NCBI GenBank assembly: GCA_001792345.1
Contig: MGGJ01000004.1
Span: 74,090-138,089 of the forward strand
DNA from: Candidatus Woesebacteria bacterium RIFCSPHIGHO2_01_FULL_39_32
Lineage (GTDB): Bacteria > Patescibacteriota > Microgenomatia > UBA8517
Reading direction: 5' to 3'
Length of the DNA: 64,000 bases
The position numbers and the translations under genes were made by a program. The notes beneath the pieces were generated by a model. That model was not told where the DNA came from. It did not search any database and saw only the letters and a list, made by a program, of their open reading frames with translations. Of this stretch, positions 57,314 to 64,000 are shown one piece after another (the stretch's first letter is position 1; each line of letters begins with the position of its first letter).

Positions 57314-57831
57314 AACAATTTAAATTTCTTCACAAGTGCTGGAGTTAACGGCTTGGCCTTTTTCCACAAGTCATTGAAGAATATTTTTAGAGACTTTGCT
57401 AAATTCTTGTCGTAGATTTTGAAATTAATCAAATCATCAATTGGGAAAGGAAACTCTAAAACAACAATACTCTCATCCCTTATAGACATACTATATCCAT
57501 GATGGTCCAAATATCGGACTTCTATCCCTTGTTCAAGCCTTTTAAGATTTTTCTCTAGAGATTGAGGTGAATTTATATTTTCAATAAATCGAGTTTTAAT
57601 CTTGTCTTCGTTAACCGCTTTTTTTCTGGCCAGTACTGATTTGGGTAACGGTAAATTTAAAGTAGCTTCGGGAGCAATCAATATTAGATTCTCTTTTTTT
57701 ATTTCATTCCAGCCGCTTATTCTCACTTCAATTGCTTGTTTCTCACCAATAAAAATTTCAAGCTTGTTTGGATACTTAAAAGATTTTTTTAATAACCAAG
57801 CGGGGACGGTGGAAATCTTATTATCAGACAT
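57298..57831 (-). CDS. TrmB effector-domain-like protein lacking an HTH
   Basis: IKTRFI, EVRY, SIRD, LA..L..FF..LW pattern. Confidence 0.5.
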   Translation of the reverse strand: MSDNKISTVPAWLLKKSFKYPNKLEIFIGEKQAIEVRISGWNEIKKENLILIAPEATLNLPLPKSVLARKKAVNEDKIKTRFIENINSPQSLEKNLKRLEQGIEVRYLDHHGYSMSIRDESIVVLEFPFPIDDLINFKIYDKNLAKSLKIFFNDLWKKAKPLTPALVKKFKLLWKQN

Positions 57832-57900
57832 TATGTTGCCTCATTATACACTCGCTTTAAATATTTTTGCTGATTTTTATAGCCGCTGAAAAATTGTTAC

Positions 57901-58476
57901 TTAAAGCCATTGCGGTTTCAAATTTTTGGATGAACGCTCAACAACAATTTTTACTCTTCCTTTTCTTGTCTCATCCCTTTTCGCACTTAATATCCAGAAG
58001 ATATAGGCTAGCTGTTGAGAATTTGAAAAATTATCAAAATTTTTATATGCCGAAACATTCTCCTTAAGAGCTCTTTTCAAATCAGGTGGAAGGCCTGGTT
58101 TTGTTTTTGAAGAATAGGCAGCTTGCCACTTTCCAGTCTTTTTGGCATATTTAATAGTTTTAAGTCCAGCCCCAGTCATCTTTCCCTCTTTTATCATCTT
58201 TAAGGCTCTTTTTTTGTTGAGAAGCGACCAAACACTATCGGGGTTTCGTGGTGAAAAACGCTGCATATACTTTTCAGCGTCAATACTCCTTACTTTCCCA
58301 TCTATCCACCCAAAACAAATTGCTTCTTCAACCGCATCGTTATAGGCAATACTAAACTTGCCTGTGTGTTTCTTAAAATAAATAAGCCAAACTTCCTTTT
58401 CCTTGTCATGGTAATTCTTAAGCCACTTTCTCCATTTATTTCTATTCTCCACAAATAAAGTTTCCGTTATCTCCAT
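57901..58476 (-). CDS. YdeI/OmpD-associated family protein
   Basis: WRKWL..H, Y.DAVEEAICFGWID, FSPR...S.WS..N, SAKRDETR. Confidence 0.88.
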   Translation of the reverse strand: MEITETLFVENRNKWRKWLKNYHDKEKEVWLIYFKKHTGKFSIAYNDAVEEAICFGWIDGKVRSIDAEKYMQRFSPRNPDSVWSLLNKKRALKMIKEGKMTGAGLKTIKYAKKTGKWQAAYSSKTKPGLPPDLKRALKENVSAYKNFDNFSNSQQLAYIFWILSAKRDETRKGRVKIVVERSSKNLKPQWL

Positions 58477-58510
58477 GTTAGTAGTGTAACAAAATTGAAG
58501 GTCAATAACT

Positions 58511-58846
58511 TTATTTTGTAGAAAGATAGGCTACGGGAATTAATCCCAAAAGTCCACCTCCGAAAAAGGCTAAGACCCCCGAAAGTAGAGCAACAAGAAT
58601 CATTCCAAAATTTTTCGTCAACTTCTTCTTTGAAAGAATCAGAAAAGAAAGTACCAAAGAAATAATTACTGCAACTAAACCTCCAAATCTCATACCAAAC
58701 TCAATACTACTTTCTCCCGCCACCAAACCCATTATTCCTCCGATAAGAGCTCCGACGATCACAATTAGTAGTAAGTATGAAAGATAAAATCCCAAAGCTT
58801 CCTTTGTAGTTCTTTTATACTTAAATTCCATTAATTTCTTAAACAT
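58511..58846 (-). CDS. Small membrane protein
   Basis: Gly-rich TM segments. Confidence 0.65.
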   Translation of the reverse strand: MFKKLMEFKYKRTTKEALGFYLSYLLLIVIVGALIGGIMGLVAGESSIEFGMRFGGLVAVIISLVLSFLILSKKKLTKNFGMILVALLSGVLAFFGGGLLGLIPVAYLSTK

Positions 58847-58884
58847 CTTAAATTGAGCCTATCACATATGCTACACTGAAATCA

Positions 58885-58906
58885 ATCCTTCGACTACGCT
58901 CAGGAT
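58885..58906. repeat. REP-like palindrome
   Basis: ATCCTTCGACTACGCTCAGGAT, related to 2071-2120. Confidence 0.55.
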
Positions 58907-58913
58907 AAATATC

Positions 58914-60296
58914 ATGGAAAATGTTTTTAACCAAAGTATTTGGGGAGATGAAGGTTTTTCGGCAATTCTTTCTATGAAGAGTTTGCCTGAAATAATAAAA
59001 ATAATTTCCAAAGACACATCTCCCCCCCTTTGGAATATTTTTGAAAACCTTGCGTTTCAAACATTTGGTACAAGCGAAGTTGTAATACGAGGACTCTCAC
59101 TTACTTTCTTTCTCGGCGCAATCTTTTTTACCTACAAAATAGCGTCATTTTTATTCAGTCGTAAAACGGGTTTTTTGGCAGCCCTCTTAACATTCCTAAA
59201 CCCATTTTTCTTCATTTATGCTTTTGAGGGGCGGATGTATTCGATAATGAGCCTCGGAGTTGCCGCTTCTATGTATTTTTACCTGCGAATTTTTTATAAC
59301 GAGGAAAAAATAAGACGCCGAGATAAATTAGGTTATATATTCTTCACACTTTGGGCACTTTACTCGCACCACTTTGCCTTTTTCGCCGTAGCGGTGCAAG
59401 GGTTATGGTGGCTTTATGAGTTGACTTTCGGCAAAAGAGTTAGAGCCAAAAAGATGTTTAAGTTATTTTTAATTACGGGAGCCGGTTATATCCCCTGGTT
59501 ATATCCCTTGTACACACAAACAAAAATGGTGGGTGGAGGATTTTGGTTGGGTACACCAAATACAGAAGACTTGGAGAAATTAATTCATGAGTATATTTAT
59601 AAAGGAATTGTAAACGAAAATCTTAAATTCCCAATTCTTAATATGCCGCTTTACCAAGCTTCCTGGTATGTAGTACTAGTTGTCGCAGTATTTCGAAAAT
59701 GGTGGAAAAACATTAAAAAAACTGTATTTTTTTTACTCTGGTTTTTTGGCCCGATACTACTTACCTGGTTTATCTCCCAAAAATTCCAATCAATTTTTTT
59801 CAATCGATATTTACTTTATACGATTCCAGCAGCAATGTTAGTCTTAGTATCTTCTAGGAGCAAGCTTTCAATTATCCCACTAACAGTACTTGCAATATTT
59901 TTCGGGATAATGGACTACAACTACTTTACTCACCCAACAAAACTTCCCTTCAGAGAAATGGCTACTTATGTAAAAGAAATAAAATCTGAAGATGACTTTC
60001 TAATAAATTGGTACAGCAACGGAACCCATCATATCTGGGAAACAAAATATTACGGAATCCCGGCTCCAATTTATGTATCAAGAGAAGGGGAACTGCCTTT
60101 CTTTGTAGGTACTGCACTGATGGAGGAAAAAGATATCATCCACCAAATTCCGGATGGAGTATCTCGCGTCGGTGTCGTAACAAGTGGCCCAATTGAAGAA
60201 ATAAGTCTTACTGGTTATAAACAAGATGAAATTAAGAGATTTGATGGATTGAAGTTCGTTTGGCTTAGCGCTTCGGCTTTTAATTCGGAGGAGTAA
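58914..60296 (+). CDS. GT-C (PMT/ArnT-like) glycosyltransferase
   Basis: SIWGDE, D.SPPL, E.RMY, RYL motifs; multi-TM. Confidence 0.82.
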   Translation: MENVFNQSIWGDEGFSAILSMKSLPEIIKIISKDTSPPLWNIFENLAFQTFGTSEVVIRGLSLTFFLGAIFFTYKIASFLFSRKTGFLAALLTFLNPFFFIYAFEGRMYSIMSLGVAASMYFYLRIFYNEEKIRRRDKLGYIFFTLWALYSHHFAFFAVAVQGLWWLYELTFGKRVRAKKMFKLFLITGAGYIPWLYPLYTQTKMVGGGFWLGTPNTEDLEKLIHEYIYKGIVNENLKFPILNMPLYQASWYVVLVVAVFRKWWKNIKKTVFFLLWFFGPILLTWFISQKFQSIFFNRYLLYTIPAAMLVLVSSRSKLSIIPLTVLAIFFGIMDYNYFTHPTKLPFREMATYVKEIKSEDDFLINWYSNGTHHIWETKYYGIPAPIYVSREGELPFFVGTALMEEKDIIHQIPDGVSRVGVVTSGPIEEISLTGYKQDEIKRFDGLKFVWLSASAFNSEE

Positions 60297-60336
60297 ATCA
60301 CGAAATATAAATATCGTTGGCAAAGTATTTTAGTCA

Positions 60337-60855
60337 TCAATTAAGACTTTGTTTGATCAAGCTGACACATTCATCAATGGATAATTGTTCTGTATCTAGA
60401 CTTATTGCACCCGGAATAAATGTTCTTTCAAGTTGATTATAAATTTTCGCGATAGCTTCATCTCCCATCGGTTTGCGGCAACCCTCCTTAACGCCTGGCC
60501 GATTCCTGTCTCTGTCTTGTAAAGTGGCTAGGGAGCACATAATTTGAAAGACTTTTACCTTGATTCCTCTTTTTTCGGCTTCCTTTACTGCTAACGGGAT
60601 TATAAATGGATCAAAGAATATTTTTTCCATTACCACAGAAAAGCCGTTGTCCAATAAATATTGTAGTGTCGTCAAAGCACATTCATCGACATATCTTTGT
60701 TCCTCTAGGGAAGTATCGCCAGAAAAAAAGTCTTTCAAATTATCGACTTTCAGCCAAACGATTTTTTTATTAAAATTTCTCAACTTTTTGGCGATTGTCG
60801 TCTTTCCACTCGCCGGAGCGCCTCTAATAACGGCTAAGAATTGTTTAGAAAACAT
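60337..60855 (-). CDS. P-loop kinase-like protein
   Basis: GAPASGKTT, R...R lid. Confidence 0.78.
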   Translation of the reverse strand: MFSKQFLAVIRGAPASGKTTIAKKLRNFNKKIVWLKVDNLKDFFSGDTSLEEQRYVDECALTTLQYLLDNGFSVVMEKIFFDPFIIPLAVKEAEKRGIKVKVFQIMCSLATLQDRDRNRPGVKEGCRKPMGDEAIAKIYNQLERTFIPGAISLDTEQLSIDECVSLIKQSLN

Positions 60856-60872
60856 AAGGTTAATATTAGCAC

Positions 60873-61127
60873 TTAATTATAAACTGTCGCTCTATGACCG
60901 ACAGCAATTATTTCGACAAGTTTGTCTTTCTTATTCACTTTATAAATTACTCTAAAAACTCCAAGTTTGTAGGAAAACCTTCCAGTAAGTTCACGGGTAA
61001 GAGGTTTTCCAATGAAGGGATTTTCTTTTATTTCTTTTAGAGCCATCAATACGGCCCTTTGTCTTCTTTTTGAAATTTGCTTTAACTTTTTTCTTGCTTG
61101 AACCGAAATTCGAAGTTTATACATCAA
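60873..61127 (-). CDS. RelE/ParE toxin
   Basis: GKPL..EL.G.FSY..G.FRVIY...VGHR. Confidence 0.88.
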   Translation of the reverse strand: MMYKLRISVQARKKLKQISKRRQRAVLMALKEIKENPFIGKPLTRELTGRFSYKLGVFRVIYKVNKKDKLVEIIAVGHRATVYN

Positions 61128-61392
61128 GCTTTAATTCTTTTTTAAGTTCTTCAAACGTCACGTATTTACCATCTTTTAAATCTTTTTCGCCTTGTTTAAT
61201 TGAGGTAACTAACTCCTGATCAGACAAAATATCCACCGTCTCCTTCCAACTTTCAAATTCGTCATGGGACATAAGAACTGCTTCAGGTTTACCCTTAACT
61301 GTTATTACAAATTCCTCCAGCAGTCGACTTGCCCTGTCTACAAGTGTAGTAAGGTTTTCTCTAGCTTTGGTAATAGGTAATGTCTTTGCCAT
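61117..61392 (-). CDS. Phd/YefM antitoxin
   Basis: ITKARENL..LV, VIT..GKPEAVLMS..EFESW.ET. Confidence 0.9.
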   Translation of the reverse strand: MAKTLPITKARENLTTLVDRASRLLEEFVITVKGKPEAVLMSHDEFESWKETVDILSDQELVTSIKQGEKDLKDGKYVTFEELKKELKLDV

Positions 61393-61493
61393 AACAGCAT
61401 ATTACATAATTCTGTACACTATGTCAATGATTCAAGGTTATGATTGTTCTGGCTCTCTTTAGGAATTTTGTGCTAAACTGAAATCACACTCCT

Positions 61494-63008
61494 ATGAAGA
61501 AGAATAATTCGGTATTCGGTTTTCTTAATGACAAATTACATACTCCAACTTGGCTATTTATACTATTAATAATAGTCTTTGTCTTCCGCATTCCTTCCTT
61601 TTTTGAACCTTATTCATATGGTGATGAGATGATTTATTTGACACTCGGGCATGCAATCCGACAAGGAATTCCTTTATATAGCGGAGTACACGATAATAAA
61701 CCTCCACTTTTATATATCATGGCTGCAATCGCTGGAAGTCTATTCTGGTTCAAAGCAATCTTAACTTTGTGGATGTTGGTGACAATTTTTATCTTTTGGA
61801 AACTAACGGAAGTACTTTTTCCGAAAAATCTTAGAGCTCAACAGTTTGCAACAATCATTTTTGCAATTCTTACCACAATCCCCCTTCTCGAAGGAAACAT
61901 TGTTAACGCAGAACTATTTATGATAGGTCCAACTATATTAGGATTTTTTATTCTTCTGTCCCGAAAGTTAAGCTCAAAAAGCCTTTTTTTTGCGGGTACG
62001 CTTTTTTCCGTCGCAACTTTATTCAAGGTTCCAGCAAGCTTTGACATCCCAGCTATCGTCTTTTTCTGGTTAGCGACAAACAAGCTTAATGCCAAAAATT
62101 TAAAACTCACTTTTAAAAGTACAATAATTCTCGGTTTGGGTTTTGTAACACCCATTCTTCTCACTTTTATTTGGTATTTTCTGCAAGATGCATTCAGTCA
62201 ATATTTAGTCGCCGCGTTTTTACAAAACGTTGGTTACCTTTCCAGCTGGCGTCCAGGAGATGTCCAGGAGCCCTTTCTTGTCCGTAATCTACCTCTTTTA
62301 ATACGCGTCGGGGTTGTTGTTGTAGGGCTTTTGACTCTCTACAAAGTCCGTAAACAAATTTCTCCGACCTTTATCATCGCAACAGTCTGGTTACTCTTAA
62401 GTCTTTTTGCGGTCACCCTCTCCGAGCGTCCCTATCCGCATTATCTTATACAGTCAATTCCAGCTGTATCTATCTTAATGGGTATTCTTTTTACACATCA
62501 GAACAAAGAGCAGGTTTTTACAATTATTCCTTTAACACTCGCTATCTTTGTTCCCTACTATTTCAATTTTTGGCGTTACCCTACATTGCCTTACTATGTT
62601 AGATTTGTGAGATTTGTAGCTGGATCTCTATCTCGCGACGAGTATATAAACTCTTACGGATCGCACGTCCCAACAAATTACAAAATAGCTGAATATTTAC
62701 TTTCTGTCACAAAGAAAGATGAAAAGATTTTTGTTTGGGGAGAAAGTTCCCCGATATATGCATTAACACGAAGGCTTCCACCAACAAAATATGTAGCCGA
62801 CTACCACATAAGAGATTTTTCGACACCTTACGAAACAGTAACAGCTCTATCGAGGAAAATGCCAAGTTTTATCGTAATATTACCAAATGCACCAATTTTC
62901 CCTGAATTGGAGACCTTCTTGTCTAGAAACTACGGTCTTACTGAGACTATTGACGGTGCCACAATCTGGAAACTTCTCGGTCCTAAAGTTCGCGCCCTCA
63001 TTTCGTAA
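61494..63008 (+). CDS. GT-C-type membrane glycosyltransferase
   Basis: YGDE, DNKPPL, NAE, YPHY motifs; multi-TM. Confidence 0.78.
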   Translation: MKKNNSVFGFLNDKLHTPTWLFILLIIVFVFRIPSFFEPYSYGDEMIYLTLGHAIRQGIPLYSGVHDNKPPLLYIMAAIAGSLFWFKAILTLWMLVTIFIFWKLTEVLFPKNLRAQQFATIIFAILTTIPLLEGNIVNAELFMIGPTILGFFILLSRKLSSKSLFFAGTLFSVATLFKVPASFDIPAIVFFWLATNKLNAKNLKLTFKSTIILGLGFVTPILLTFIWYFLQDAFSQYLVAAFLQNVGYLSSWRPGDVQEPFLVRNLPLLIRVGVVVVGLLTLYKVRKQISPTFIIATVWLLLSLFAVTLSERPYPHYLIQSIPAVSILMGILFTHQNKEQVFTIIPLTLAIFVPYYFNFWRYPTLPYYVRFVRFVAGSLSRDEYINSYGSHVPTNYKIAEYLLSVTKKDEKIFVWGESSPIYALTRRLPPTKYVADYHIRDFSTPYETVTALSRKMPSFIVILPNAPIFPELETFLSRNYGLTETIDGATIWKLLGPKVRALIS

Positions 63009-63044
63009 TCTCCTTCGGATTTTGCTAAAATCAGTGAGTAATAT

Positions 63045-63419
63045 ATGAAGATATTAATAAAAAAGAGTGCCTTGCAAAAAAAACTGTCTATTGAGAGGGT
63101 TCCACTTAAAAACTTTGTGTACTTATCCTTCATAATTAGTATTGTAGGCATCCTCTTAATCTTTCTTTTACAAAGTAAGCTTCCTCCGGAGGTACCACTT
63201 TTTTACGGACTTCCTGAGGGAGAAGAACAACTAACGACTTCATTAGGACTAACATTGCCTTTGGTTGGCTCTCTTATCATTACTATTCTTAATACAATTA
63301 CTGTATTTTTTTTACAAAATTCCTTTTTACAGAAAACTCTCGTTTTGGTATCATTCGCAGTAAGTTTTCTTTCATTTGTAACCATTGTCAAAATAACACT
63401 ATTAGTGGGAAGTTTTTAA
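63045..63419 (+). CDS. Small membrane protein
   Basis: LPPEVPLFY loop between TMs. Confidence 0.65.
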   Translation: MKILIKKSALQKKLSIERVPLKNFVYLSFIISIVGILLIFLLQSKLPPEVPLFYGLPEGEEQLTTSLGLTLPLVGSLIITILNTITVFFLQNSFLQKTLVLVSFAVSFLSFVTIVKITLLVGSF

Positions 63420-63423
63420 CTAA

Positions 63424-64000
63424 ATGAGTATATTAACTACCCTTGTAATTATACCCGCTTTCGTATCAGCGTGTATCACTTACTTTGTTACTCCTCTAGT
63501 TATTCGTCTTGCAGGACGACTAGGAATAATAGATGATCCAAAAAAACATACACACCCCAAAGTTATTCACACATATCCGGTTCCTCGAGGGGGCGGTATT
63601 CCCCTATTTACAGGGATATTCATTGCCTCAATTGTATTCTTACCAATTGATAAACATCTCATAGGAATTCTAATAGGGGCCTTTATACTAATCGTGCTTG
63701 GAATAATTGATGACAAACTTGATATAAACCCATATAAAAGGCTTCTCATTCAATTTATCGCAGCAGGTATCCCCATAGCTTTCGGAATAGGAATCTCGTT
63801 TCTTACCAATCCATTTAACGGCATCATCGATCTTTCATACCCCCGCATAACTTTTGAGTTTTTAGGCGAACAAAGAAACATATGGATTTTATCTGATATT
63901 TTTGCTCTTTTTTGGCTTGTAACTCTCATGAACTTCGTTAATATAGGGGCAAGCGGACTTGATGGACAACTTTCAGGAACAACGGCAATTGCCGCGGGAA
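63424..64000 (+). CDS. MraY/WecA (GT4 family) polyprenyl-phosphate sugar-1-P transferase, partial
   Basis: Manual translation: IDDP..H...IH..PVPRGGG, GIIDD, N..N....GLDG; runs off the window edge. Confidence 0.88.
   Translation, partial: MSILTTLVIIPAFVSACITYFVTPLVIRLAGRLGIIDDPKKHTHPKVIHTYPVPRGGGIPLFTGIFIASIVFLPIDKHLIGILIGAFILIVLGIIDDKLDINPYKRLLIQFIAAGIPIAFGIGISFLTNPFNGIIDLSYPRITFEFLGEQRNIWILSDIFALFWLVTLMNFVNIGASGLDGQLSGTTAIAAG

Noticed and set aside
32368-58514. 17-bp inverted match (ATAAARTTATTGACCTT) at 32368-32384 and 58498-58514 bracketing the accessory zone
   Set aside because: Short and AT-rich, so plausible by chance in 64 kb; no transposase or target duplication seen.
1-64000. tRNA, rRNA, transposase, integrase or prophage genes
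   Set aside because: None recognised by eye; a covariance-model and HMM scan would be needed to exclude them fully.

Overview
AT-rich, gene-dense bacterial DNA. The gene content and style suggest a CPR/Patescibacteria (Microgenomates-like) genome; this is an inference. The left part is mostly core: dnaK (partial)-grpE-hrcA with a CIRCE operator, murJ, rpsT, pilN/pilO-like genes, Pro/Thr-rich surface proteins, GT-C glycosyltransferases, an LCP protein, PcrA, two FemABX proteins, a UvrD-nuclease fusion, rmuC and metG. From about 32.4 to 58.5 kb it is an accessory zone. The main discovery is a cassette array at about 41.7-54.2 kb. Units of mostly 1-2 genes (toxin-antitoxin, NUDIX, nitrilase, SET, EamA, VOC, Erm etc.) are separated by two families of co-oriented ~20-bp direct repeats: A (CCGCGGAGGAAATGGTTTC, 8 copies) and B (AGCTAATTTGAAGACAAATT, 10 copies, palindromic arms). 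No integrase or attC is visible in the window. Two genes elsewhere are followed by synonymously recoded echoes of their own 3' ends, suggesting gene acquisition by integration into gene 3' ends. Also seen: a candidate Met-codon attenuator ahead of metG, an RLR macrolide-type leader ahead of an erm-like gene, and in-frame heptamer/palindrome insertions in conserved enzymes. All product calls come from motif recognition by eye; no database search was run.
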